From: a virus
Direction: 5' to 3' (one strand)
Virus record (IMG/VR): IMGVR_UViG_3300030060_002740
Span: 1-64,000 of that record
Length of the DNA stretch: 64,000 bases
Of this stretch, positions 32,194-41,622 are shown one piece after another. The notes beneath the pieces were generated by a model, which saw only the letters and a program-made list of their open reading frames with translations, was not told the DNA's origin and did no database searches. Each line of letters opens with the position of its first letter. Position 1 is the stretch's first letter. The position numbers were made by a program, and so were the translations under genes.

Positions 32194-34060
32194 AGGCTAG
32201 TTCGCCTTGTAGATTGGTGGAGTCTTCGTATTCTTTAACCTCACTCAAGTCAATTGAGTGGAGTTTACTAACGAGACTGTCGTATTCCAATAGGGTTATT
32301 TCTTCCATAGGTGCTTGTTCGTATGTACCCCCATCATAAGGTAGGAAGGCCATACCATTGTAGTATTCTCTGTTATCCCAAAGCCACTCGGTAACTCTCT
32401 TCCATTCAACATCACGAACATACACTGTTGCTGATACGTTATGTGTATTATTTCCACGAACATGTCCAGTCTTTACCCATCCCTTTGATACTGCCTTAAT
32501 CCTGTTAAGCATACCAATAGCATCTTCATCACTACGAATTATCGCGGAAGTGTCGGGTATCTTTTGTGGGATAGTCAGCACTGCATCTCCATATGACATC
32601 CTATCGTCCTCAATAAGTTCGGGCAGTTTCTCAACAAGATAAGGATATATTGCTTCTCCCTTGCCTATACGGATTCTTCTTGCATAGTAATATCCATACC
32701 ATGCGTGAATACCACTTGATGTACCTAACACACAACTGGTTGTTCCGGCAGGTTTGACACAAGTAGTTCTTGCTGCCGTATTAATACCAAACATTCTTGC
32801 AAATCGTTGATTGATTATCTTAACCATATTCGCCCCATCTGATAACCACTCATCCTTTACCTTCTGACTAGCAATGCCAGTCATAGAAACACCAATCAGA
32901 GCATCCTTCTCTGTTGTTCTTTGCCATATGCCTCTAAGGTAGTGGAAGTCGGTGTATGTTGCTTGTAATGTACCCAAGAAAGATGCTGCCTCTACTCTTT
33001 GGAGGAAGTCTTCTTTTGACATTACACTCGATACGTTCACTTCACACAAATTACAAAATTGATAGGGTCTAAGTGCTATCTCACAACAGGGGTTAGTTCC
33101 CCAATCCTTGTCGTTGGATAGGTAAATACCGGGTTCACCGCTACCACTCTTTTCTATCTTCTTCATCAAAGACTTGAATGTGTCTTTGTCTAACTTATGG
33201 CGTAGTAGAACTGCTGAATTGTTTGCTCTACCTCTTTGTGGGTTTAGTTCCCACCAACTTCCTGATTTGCATAGAGCCATCTCTTCATCATCAGCACTGA
33301 ATAGGCTGATTAACGCTGCTCTGCGAATACCACCTGCTAAAACTGAATCAGCAATATGACAAACCATATCGTGAACTTGTATGGATGTCATCTTGTGACC
33401 ATTAGGCATATCTCTCAACATACCTTCAATGATAGTAAGGCATATTCTAAGTGGTTCAGGACCGGGTGCTTTTCCTCCACTTGTCTTCAGTCTTGCACCC
33501 TTTGCTCTTATGTCTGAATAATCGAATCTTGGGCTTGCAGTTCTCTTGCCAGTATAACTGTTGAAAAGAACCTTAATTGCGTCAGCCCAACCTTCTATTG
33601 AATCTTGAATCTTATATCTGTAAGTTCTATCAGATAGTGGTTGTTGAATATGTGGTAGTTTAGCCACATGATGTCTCTGAACAGAATAACCTACACCTGT
33701 TCCACCTAATAGTAAGAACATTGCTTCACTGAAAGATGTAATGTTATCAATTGGCATGTACGCACAATTGTATATTCTGTTCGGAGACAATTCAACTGGT
33801 TTACCTGCGAATTGCATTGACCTCATTGAAGGCAATACTTTCTTAGTCATCACAAAGTTATCATATACATAGTGTATCTGTTTTTCAACAACAGTTCTGT
33901 TTGTCTGACTAATTGGAAGTGCCTTAATATGCTTAAGGTGCATATCTCGGTTCCTGTTACATATCTCTTCCCAAGTTTCCTTCCTTTCTTCTGCTTCGTT
34001 CCATTTTGCGTATTTGGTATTAACCACTATTTCTGATAATACTTCATTTCCTAATTTCAT
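32168..34060 (-). CDS. nrdJ: Class II (B12-dependent) ribonucleotide reductase
   Basis: YNCAY, GGIRRAA, TNPCCEI, VKPAGT, C-terminal CAGGVC. Confidence 0.92.
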   Translation of the reverse strand: MKLGNEVLSEIVVNTKYAKWNEAEERKETWEEICNRNRDMHLKHIKALPISQTNRTVVEKQIHYVYDNFVMTKKVLPSMRSMQFAGKPVELSPNRIYNCAYMPIDNITSFSEAMFLLLGGTGVGYSVQRHHVAKLPHIQQPLSDRTYRYKIQDSIEGWADAIKVLFNSYTGKRTASPRFDYSDIRAKGARLKTSGGKAPGPEPLRICLTIIEGMLRDMPNGHKMTSIQVHDMVCHIADSVLAGGIRRAALISLFSADDEEMALCKSGSWWELNPQRGRANNSAVLLRHKLDKDTFKSLMKKIEKSGSGEPGIYLSNDKDWGTNPCCEIALRPYQFCNLCEVNVSSVMSKEDFLQRVEAASFLGTLQATYTDFHYLRGIWQRTTEKDALIGVSMTGIASQKVKDEWLSDGANMVKIINQRFARMFGINTAARTTCVKPAGTTSCVLGTSSGIHAWYGYYYARRIRIGKGEAIYPYLVEKLPELIEDDRMSYGDAVLTIPQKIPDTSAIIRSDEDAIGMLNRIKAVSKGWVKTGHVRGNNTHNVSATVYVRDVEWKRVTEWLWDNREYYNGMAFLPYDGGTYEQAPMEEITLLEYDSLVSKLHSIDLSEVKEYEDSTNLQGELACAGGVCEI

Positions 34061-34223
34061 TTCTCTCCCTCTCTTGAGTGTGTTGATAAGGGCTTCTCAC
34101 CCTCTTGGCATCTTACCCGATACTAGGATTATGTAGGCTTAACCTAAGCCTAATAATAGTTACCACTTGTGCATATAAATACCCACAAATGGGTTACGTG
34201 TTTCGACATTGTTACTTGCTTAT

Positions 34224-34427
34224 TTAGCAAGAGCCGCCGACGATGGCAGGTACAAGGTTAACGGAATCAACGGCTGACCAATCAATGCTTGTCACATTTT
34301 CTCGGCTTACCATATCTCCATCAACATACACCCAATGAGTTGGGTGGTCTGCTATCTGCTCAATCATCTCAGCACTGGTTACTTCCAGTTCTGTGTGGCC
34401 TGTTTCATTCAATATTCTCAGTTTCAT
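34224..34427 (-). CDS. Ubiquitin-like (beta-grasp, SAMP/ThiS-like) protein with C-terminal GG-SC
   Basis: 67 aa: MKLRIL...VYVDG...DSVNLVPAIVGGSC*; matches the ThiS/SAMP C-terminal DxVxLxPxxxGG. Confidence 0.8.
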   Translation of the reverse strand: MKLRILNETGHTELEVTSAEMIEQIADHPTHWVYVDGDMVSRENVTSIDWSAVDSVNLVPAIVGGSC

Positions 34428-34454
34428 TCTTATTACCTCTGTTATGTTTTTTTT

Positions 34455-34697
34455 CTACTGTTGTAGTTGTTGTTGTTGTACCGCAATCGTCTTGTTGAGT
34501 TCTTGGACTCTGCCCGAAAGGACATTGATTGTTTGCTCATAGTGAGCGCACAACGCCATGTACTGCTGCAACTGGCTTATCGCCTGTTGTGCAGTCTGTT
34601 GGAGTTGAGCGTTGTTTGCTTGCATTGCCGCAAGAACCTCACTCGCATCCGACTCTTCTTCTGTTTGCTTTACTTCTGTTTCTTTTTTCTTACTCAT
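34455..34697 (-). CDS. Gln-rich coiled-coil protein
   Basis: Composition and heptad pattern. Confidence 0.55.
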   Translation of the reverse strand: MSKKKETEVKQTEEESDASEVLAAMQANNAQLQQTAQQAISQLQQYMALCAHYEQTINVLSGRVQELNKTIAVQQQQLQQ

Positions 34698-34701
34698 GTT
34701 T

Positions 34702-35868
34702 TCATCTCCTCTCGTTTAACAGTGCGTCAATAAACTTAGATGCACTCTCTTTTGTTAGCGAGTCTGTTTCTCCTTCATAGCCCAATCTTCGTAAGTACCT
34801 AACTTGCTTCTCAGTAGCAGGTGTCTCCTCCGCAGTATTGGCAGTATTGTCTGTAAAGAGTATACGCTTTAGGGTTTCGGATTGTTTCTCTGTTGGTTCT
34901 GCACCACGAATGAATCTCCTTTTCATATCTCTGAGGAAGTTCCTTTCCCATCTGTTAGAGCCATCTTCATGAGAATCAAACACTGGTAGTCCAAAGTAAA
35001 GACAGGCTTCAAGGAACTTACGCTCCCTCCAATCTTCTTCCATAAGACCACGCATCTTATCCTTAATCTCCAAGTCAAGAGTCTCCAAGAACACCTTTCT
35101 ATCCTCAATATACTTGTCTTCAACTTCAATCTGTTTTAGATAGTCGTCAATCAGTATAGAGAACAAATCCATATCTTTCAGAAGTTTATCATTAGGATAC
35201 CCTCTTGTGTTAATCTGAGCCTTCTTGTTGTCGGGATGATTCCATCTCCAAACAATAGAAGCCATCTTGTAATCTTCTCGACCAAACTTACCCGAACCAG
35301 TTTTCCTGATGTATGTTACAGGGCGATACTCTTTCAATTCGTCATCATAGTATTGTTTACCTGTCTGCCTTACATTCAACCTCAAGTCCAAGTCTTTGAT
35401 TTCATCGAATAACTCAGTGAAACCATCACCATTCTCAATCCACCACGCTTCTTTGATTAGAGTTTCAACTGCTTGCTTTTTCCATTGCTCAATCTTTTCC
35501 TCTGTAATAGCGGATAGTGGCATGTTCAAGGTTTCAGCCATGTGTCTGAGAACCATCCAGTTGTTGATACAGGTTGAACCTACAATCTCCAATGTTCCAT
35601 TCTCAGTGTTCTCAATCTCAAAGTTGTAAACAATGTCCTTACCACAAAGACAGTGATGTGGATGATTGCTTGGGTGATTCTCGATAATGTGTCTATGAGT
35701 TCCATAGATGGTCTTACGCCAAACTCTACCTGTTATCCTCCATTCCTTCTTTGCCTCTTCGTAGTTGTCTGATACAGACAAATCAAGAAGCCTTCTTGTT
35801 AGTGCCGGATAGTGGTGACTTGTTTCAGCAGTGTTATCTACCATTTGTATATCACTAATACCATTCAT
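34702..35868 (-). CDS. Hypothetical protein with Zn-binding motif and C-terminal TEKQ repeats
   Basis: HCLCGK...VGSTCI; PTEKQ and ATEKQVRYLRRLG. Confidence 0.55.
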   Translation of the reverse strand: MNGISDIQMVDNTAETSHHYPALTRRLLDLSVSDNYEEAKKEWRITGRVWRKTIYGTHRHIIENHPSNHPHHCLCGKDIVYNFEIENTENGTLEIVGSTCINNWMVLRHMAETLNMPLSAITEEKIEQWKKQAVETLIKEAWWIENGDGFTELFDEIKDLDLRLNVRQTGKQYYDDELKEYRPVTYIRKTGSGKFGREDYKMASIVWRWNHPDNKKAQINTRGYPNDKLLKDMDLFSILIDDYLKQIEVEDKYIEDRKVFLETLDLEIKDKMRGLMEEDWRERKFLEACLYFGLPVFDSHEDGSNRWERNFLRDMKRRFIRGAEPTEKQSETLKRILFTDNTANTAEETPATEKQVRYLRRLGYEGETDSLTKESASKFIDALLNERR

Positions 35869-36899
35869 TGTAAATCCAACCGCTCGTTGTTCCTCTGTTC
35901 TTTCAAGAATCCATCAAGGAGATGGTCTATCTTACCATAAAGTGCTTCAGGTAGACCACCTATTGTTTTTCTGTTCAGCGATAGCCAAATCAAAAAACGT
36001 GTGTTAAGTATTACCTTAACTTCATCATTCTCATTCATCGTTATTACCATAGGTGGCATTTCTTCATCAGTTACCATCCTAAATTCTACATTACTTTCTT
36101 GTTTTATCATTTTTATTCCTCTTTATTCATCGTGTTCAAATCTGTCGCCAGTTGTCCATTTTAGTGGGTTGGCTATTCTATACAGTGTTCCTAATATTCC
36201 TAACATTATATTCTTCCTCCTTCATCTATCAGTTCTTTTATTATGCCATCCATTGTTACCATGATGACGTGCATCGCGTCTTCCAAAATCTGCTTCCTTA
36301 CAGGTTTCAGTTCGGGAAGACCCTCGTATCCTTCTACCATATCATTGAAGCCATTCTTCATCTTCTCGATGTTAATTGCAATCTCTTCGTAGATATCCAA
36401 CTTTCTAGGTTCAGGCATAATGCTCAACCTCAGTGTGTAGTTGTTTGAATCTGTGTCTCATTTTCTCCATGTTGTTCTTCGTGCAAGCGGTAACAAAGTT
36501 CTGACCACCACGAAGGAAAATAACCAACTTGAAGTATTTCTTCTCCTCTTTACCATTCATTTGATTCTTGAATAAGTTAGAAAGAGACTCTGTTTCCTTC
36601 AAGGTTGACCACGTAAAAGCCTGAATATCATTTAGGTTAACAATCCCGTTTATGAATCTGATATACTGCTTCTTCGGGTGTTCCATAACCTCTTGCTGAG
36701 AGGCTACGGTAGTAATATTTTGTTCTTCATCAATCCCATGCAAACGAAAGAAGTCATCTTCTGCGAGGCACAAACAAGGTTCTTGTTCATGTTCTCCCCA
36801 TTTGTTTTGGAATACTTTTATCCCCGTTCCTGAGCAAATACGACAAGTGGAAACTTTTGCTGCGTTTTTATTTTCATTAACTTGTTTATTTCTAATCAT
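35865..36899 (-). CDS. Three hypothetical proteins (35865-36110, 36206-36427, 36411-36899)
   Basis: ORFs on the operon strand; the last has CRICSGTG...CLC. Confidence 0.5.
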
Positions 36900-37123
36900 T
36901 TTATTACTTCCATTTATTTCTATTATGAATATAATTCAAATAAACTACTTTGTGTAAATTCTTTACGCTGCTTAAATAATCTGGACAGAAAATAGGGCAT
37001 TGTCAGAGTTTTTTACATCAAGTTGTTTATTTTGGTCGGGGAGTGATATGCGGGAGAGAGCAACGTCTACTTTGGGAGAATCTCACTCATTACCGTAGCA
37101 AACCGACACGAATATACATTCAA

Positions 37124-37654
37124 TCAGTAATTAACCGCCATTTGTGTGTACCACTCAGGCGGATAATGAGGCCACTTCCAAGAAGCGAACCATTTCTTAT
37201 CATGTATGTAGTAGGCACGATACTTTTCGACAACTGAAAGGTCATCGAAATTCTCAACCTTTTGCCTACATAGTTGGTTGTGGGATATTGCAACTGCAAA
37301 GGGCGTTAGCCCAATATCAGGAAGCATTTCCTCAACCTTATCGAAAACATCGGAATACTCTTCCAATGTCATTGCGACTTTGTGTGTGTTACCAGTGTAC
37401 CAGTAACGTTTTGCGTATGTGTCAAGCAATCCTTCAAGATGGCTTCTCAACCACTGGAAGTTCTGTCTTGTTTCTCTTGCCCAAATAGTGCAAGGATGGT
37501 TTAACATTATGGGGTCATAAGGACTATCCAAACCTAAGTGGTCTGCAATAGTGGACATCATCTGCATTGATTCAAGTGGCATCTTCACGGAATGTTTGTC
37601 TATTACCAAACTTGCCGCTACTTTAGGGTCTTCGTCAAGGATGAATATGTTCAC
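37124..37654 (-). CDS. Pyrimidine-dimer DNA glycosylase-like protein
   Basis: MNIFILDEDP...DKHSVKMPLESMQM...NHPCTIW...YRAYY...PPEW. Confidence 0.75.
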   Translation of the reverse strand: MNIFILDEDPKVAASLVIDKHSVKMPLESMQMMSTIADHLGLDSPYDPIMLNHPCTIWARETRQNFQWLRSHLEGLLDTYAKRYWYTGNTHKVAMTLEEYSDVFDKVEEMLPDIGLTPFAVAISHNQLCRQKVENFDDLSVVEKYRAYYIHDKKWFASWKWPHYPPEWYTQMAVNY

Positions 37655-37980
37655 TCTTCCTCACCTGCCATTGCATCAATATAATTCATACGAAGTGCCT
37701 CCTCAAGACTCTTTATTCTCTTGTCCATTGCAATTAAGACAGAACGAACAGAGTCGAATTTAGCATCGTATTCATCTATCTTATTATCATAAGACTTCAT
37801 CATCTTATCAACGAACTTTGCCTTCTTCTCAATCTTAGCATCAACCGCTCTCCTGTTTCTGGAAACACCAGAATCGCAGTCGTGACAAAACTTGAGATGA
37901 CTTGTGTTAGTTCTAACATAGAATTGCTTGTTGCATCTATGTCCATCTTTCATTACTTTCTGACAATATTTGTAAGGCAT
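37651..37980 (-). CDS. Zn-finger / coiled-coil protein
   Basis: C..C..CHDC followed by heptad repeats. Confidence 0.5.
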   Translation of the reverse strand: MPYKYCQKVMKDGHRCNKQFYVRTNTSHLKFCHDCDSGVSRNRRAVDAKIEKKAKFVDKMMKSYDNKIDEYDAKFDSVRSVLIAMDKRIKSLEEALRMNYIDAMAGEEE

Positions 37981-37989
37981 TATTATTTC

Positions 37990-38700
37990 TCTCCATTCTC
38001 ATTTGTTGGTTTAGGCAAGAAAGCGTAGGGCAAAATAAGTCCCTTTAACCAAAGGTAAATGACTTGTGCTTTTTTACTTGGTAAACTTGCCTCATAATCC
38101 CCGCCCAACAGTAGGGGTTTGAGTGTAATAGTAAGGTGAAGACATTGCACCGCAACTGGTTTCGTCTTCATTAAGTTCGTATTGCCTCGTCAGGACTTAC
38201 GCAATTGAACGCCTTACTCTTGTGTGATAACATGAGTGTGTTGGGAGTGCAGTTTTACCTGCACCCCCGTTATCAGGGTTTGAGTCCTGATTGTTTTGTG
38301 TGATATTTGTGAGTGTGTGTTGTGGGGATGAATAACGTACTGTGCCGTCTATCTCGGAGAGCATACAAAAAGTAAAGGTAACTCTTCCAATTTATTTACC
38401 GCAATGCCGACTACTCTTTTTTATAGCGCAAAGTAACCCAATGGTATGTTCAAAGGGTTAGGCAACTCATTAACATCTTTCTAAATCTCACCCGCCTAAA
38501 CGGGGCTTGACTTGTCCAGTGCCAAAGGCGAACTCCTGTATCTTAAATTCAATTACTGATAGATACCCACAATCCCAACTGTGCCGTTACTAGGTCACTC
38601 CGTCATTCCTCCTAAGAGTCACTACTTCGCTTGTCAGATGACAAACCGCTAAGTTTGCCAAACGCTTTTCACGTCCTTCCACAAATGTTGAGTATGTTCA
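37990..38700 (-). ncRNA. Candidate large structured non-coding RNA or leader
   Basis: About 700 nt with no credible ORF, multiple stems and CA-rich linkers on the minus strand. Confidence 0.35.
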
Positions 38701-39110
38701 TTTATCATCCATTTCTCACGCCGATGATAAATATTAATCTGCGTAAACAATACCGTTTCGCAGGTTTTTGGCGTTCATTTCTCGTTTCTCACGTTTATCA
38801 TCACCCCTAGTAATAATAATAGGGGGTATAATATATTAGAGAGAGTGTGTGTGTAGTAGTAATAATATAATGATAATAATGATAAATGATAATTGAATAT
38901 CAAAAAATATTGATTCTATCCAAGAATCCCAACTTTCTACCCCTCGACCTTTCTCATTTCTATGATAATCGGTGAGAAATGAAAGGAGAAATCAGAACTC
39001 ATATCAGATAGAATATAACTATACTAAATCTCATACTAATATTAGTATAATATATTATATTATATTATGACCCTGTTTGATACCCGATAAATTATAGTGA
39101 TATTTAGGGA
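38695..39110. other. Candidate replication origin
   Basis: Very AT-rich, with repeated TTTCTCA/TGAGAAA and TTATCAT/ATGATAA words, at the switch of the coding strand. Confidence 0.45.
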
Positions 39111-39277
39111 GCAAACCTTTCGTGATGAACAACTAGTGTTCGTTAAGTAGCACATTAGGTAATGACTACGCTGAAGGGGTCGGATTCTACAATATGAAAT
39201 CCACCTCCGAGGGTATATGTACCCTGCCCGACCACGCTGACCCCTCTGCCGACTTTATTTCCAATGCGTGTCTAACA

Positions 39278-39309
39278 ACCATATGGTAGGCTACTTTGTC
39301 AGACACCCC
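39278..39309. repeat. Spaced palindrome copy 1 (right half only)
   Basis: ACCATATGGT 39278-87, ACTTTGT 39293-99, ACCCC 39305-09. Confidence 0.85.
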
Positions 39310-39623
39310 ATATGAACCTTAGATTGGTCAGGGCTTACATCCCAAGTAGCCTTGTGAATGCCTGTTGTGAGAATATATGGGGCATCGGAACATTGACGCC
39401 AGTGCTATATGAGTTTTCAAGGTCATCTAAGATTCACTGTCCAGTCAGTGTCATGAGTAACTGAACCATTTGCCCGAAGAACTTTCCGTTCTCGCATTCC
39501 ACTTGTGTTTTACTCCTCTCATTAACTCTATTGTTTGTTCGTCAGCCCCATATGGGAATAGGTCGAGGATGAGAATGCGAACTATTCTCATAAATCATCT
39601 TCGCTGATGAAACCTCGTTATGT

Positions 39624-39806
39624 TTATTGTCTAAGGATGGTATTGAATACCTTCAATGCTGAATCTAATTGTTCTAATGCACTGGGTAGGTCATCACTAC
39701 GAACCTTAAGGCTCTTGATGATTAGAACGTGGTCTTGACCCGACTTGGAGTGAGCCACTTCTAACTCGTATGGGTATAACTTGCCCTCAACTATCTGTGC
39801 TGTCAT
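39624..39806 (-). CDS. Small hypothetical protein, probably leaderless
   Basis: ATG lies 27 nt from the GGGG of palindrome copy 2. Confidence 0.6.
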   Translation of the reverse strand: MTAQIVEGKLYPYELEVAHSKSGQDHVLIIKSLKVRSDDLPSALEQLDSALKVFNTILRQ

Positions 39807-39828
39807 ACCTTGTACCTACGAAGTGAGA

Positions 39829-39898
39829 TATATGGGGTCTTTCCTACAAAGTGTCACTACCATATGGTTGGTATACTTTGTCAGATAAACCCCATATA
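39829..39898. repeat. Spaced palindrome copy 2 (symmetric, 70 bp)
   Basis: TATATGGGGT-N7-ACAAAGT-N6-ACCATATGGT-N6-ACTTTGT-N7-ACCCCATATA. Confidence 0.95.
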
Positions 39899-39971
39899 GT
39901 TAATATCCGACTAATACAGTGCTTAGAAGGGTTTGAGAAAATCCGATTGTTTTGAATAAAGGTGATAAAAG

Positions 39972-40442
39972 ATGGAATGGAAAGAATTTTCAGGTACAAC
40001 ATTAGCATGGCTAAAGAATGACAAGACTGTTGATGAAGCAGACGCTTCAACTATCAGCAGAATGATTGAGAAGGGTAACGCAAACCCTACACGACAGGTT
40101 CGTATTTCGACCACAATCCGAGAGATTGCGAGAGATTACGCAACTGCCCCATATGGACAGAGAGGATACGCTCTACCCACAAACGCACAAAGCATTGTAA
40201 ACGATGTGACTGCAATAGTGAATGAGATGGCTTCTCTCTTTGATAACGGTGGAGATGCTATTAGAGCATTGCTTCTACCTAACCAAAGGAGCAAGGTCAA
40301 GCATTACCCTAACGGGTCTGCTTGGGCCTCTTCAGTTCTAAAGAACGTGAACGGCGTAGCAGTCAAACTATCCAAAGACGGAACTTGGGATGGTTCGGCT
40401 GAGAGTCTATCCGCTACAATTTCGGAGGTAACTTCGGAATAA
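39972..40442 (+). CDS. Hypothetical protein, paralog A
   Basis: AGGTGA RBS; aligns with 41623..42153. Confidence 0.75.
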   Translation: MEWKEFSGTTLAWLKNDKTVDEADASTISRMIEKGNANPTRQVRISTTIREIARDYATAPYGQRGYALPTNAQSIVNDVTAIVNEMASLFDNGGDAIRALLLPNQRSKVKHYPNGSAWASSVLKNVNGVAVKLSKDGTWDGSAESLSATISEVTSE

Positions 40443-40480
40443 GCGGGTAACTCTCATTGCCCTTCTAAGCACCCGTTCTT

Positions 40481-40543
40481 TGGGGTTTGAGATTACAAAG
40501 TATCTCTTACCATATGGTTTTGCACTTTGTCGTTAGAACCCCA
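40481..40543. repeat. Spaced palindrome copy 3
   Basis: TGGGGT..ACAAAGT(40495)..ACCATATGGT(40509)..ACTTTGT(40524)..ACCCCA. Confidence 0.95.
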
Positions 40544-40571
40544 CTTATACCTCAGTTAGAACCTAATTAAC

Positions 40572-41493
40572 ATGAGTAGCAATCTATTTACAAAGAGACA
40601 TTACGAATGGCTTGTTGATATGGCTTTATCCTTACAACTAACCCAAGAACAATGCAGAGAATTGGCTGATATGTTAGAGAAAACGAATCCTAAGTACAAT
40701 AAGGCTAAATTCATTACCACCATTGTCCATACAAGAAATACGAGGAGTGGAGGAATATGATAAGGGACAACATAATGAAAGTTTGCAGAGGATGCCTATA
40801 CGTAATGGAACATAAGTGGACAAGGAAAGGGTATGCCTGTAAAAGATGCCTACATATAACAACGGAGAGATATTAATGTATAAAATAATAAGATTTAGGT
40901 TTGATGGAAATCATAGAACAATGAAGAGAGGACTTACTCTTGAAGAAGCAAAAGCACATTGTCGCGACCCTGCAACTAGTGGCGACGGTTGGTTTGATGG
41001 ATATACGGAGGAGTAAGATATGATAGAGTGCATACGGTGCAAAGAATGCGGAAATATAACAATCAAGCCGGAGGATGAAGAGTTCTTCAGTGAATGGGAT
41101 GAATGTATGTGTAGAGTAAATGAAATATTGGAGGAATACGAATTATGAGTATAATAACAAGTTGGAGAATTGAAGTAACGTTAGAGAATGGAGAAACAGT
41201 GTATGTATCAGACATGCCTAATGACGTTTCTAGTGTGGTTGATGAATACCTCACTGAGTTGGAGGCTGATTAAATGATGAAATTAGTTTTGAGAGTAGAA
41301 ACAGAAGAATACATCTTTGAAAGGTGGGTCTATGCGTGAGAGAAGTAACGCATTACCGGAGGATAGTTTGCCCTCTTGGGTTTTCTATATGGAGGAATGC
41401 CCTAAATGCGATTGTGTAATCAATGAAGGCCATGACTACGCTGAATATGATATTGAAGTGTGTGACCCCGATGAATGCGGAGAAGAGGAATAA
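40572..41493 (+). CDS. Operon of seven micro-ORFs (40572-40760, 40757-40876, 40876-41016, 41020-41148, 41145-41273, 41274-41339, 41332-41493)
   Basis: Overlapping or abutting start/stop codons, mostly with GGAG(G)-type RBSs; three are Cys-rich. Six are below the ORF-track cutoff and were translated manually. Confidence 0.7.
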
Positions 41494-41509
41494 ATCTCTT
41501 ACTCCCATC

Positions 41510-41571
41510 AGGGTATTATGACAAAGTATCCTACCATATGGTATGAACTACTTTGTGAATTTGAATACCCT
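41510..41571. repeat. Spaced palindrome copy 4
   Basis: AGGGTATT..ACAAAGTA..ACCATATGGT(41533)..TACTTTGT..AATACCCT. Confidence 0.95.
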
Positions 41572-41622
41572 AATACCCTAAATAGAGACATAATACCGTC
41601 TAAAACGACAGGAGAAACAAAT

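Noticed and set aside
29065-34427. ThiF/ThiS as thiamine or molybdopterin biosynthesis auxiliary genes
   Set aside because: No ThiG, MoaE, cysteine desulfurase or thiolase is present in the window, and the E2-like protein favours conjugation. Not formally excluded.
37983-38171. 62-aa minus-strand ORF
   Set aside because: No clear RBS, atypical composition, and it overlaps predicted RNA stems.
38135-38200. Hammerhead ribozyme (minus strand CTGACGAG...CGAAAC...GTC)
   Set aside because: The core words are present, but I could not build stems I and II. The alternative stems TGAAGAC/GTCTTCA and ATTGC/GCAAT fit better. An Infernal search would settle it.
39919-40472. IS/MITE with terminal inverted repeats
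   Set aside because: No transposase motif or evident target-site duplication, and the paralog has a different arm sequence.
41518-41622. N-terminal extensions of ORFs 41518 and 42724 as given in the track
   Set aside because: They run through the palindromes; starts at 41623 (RBS) and 42568 (promoter spacing) are better supported.
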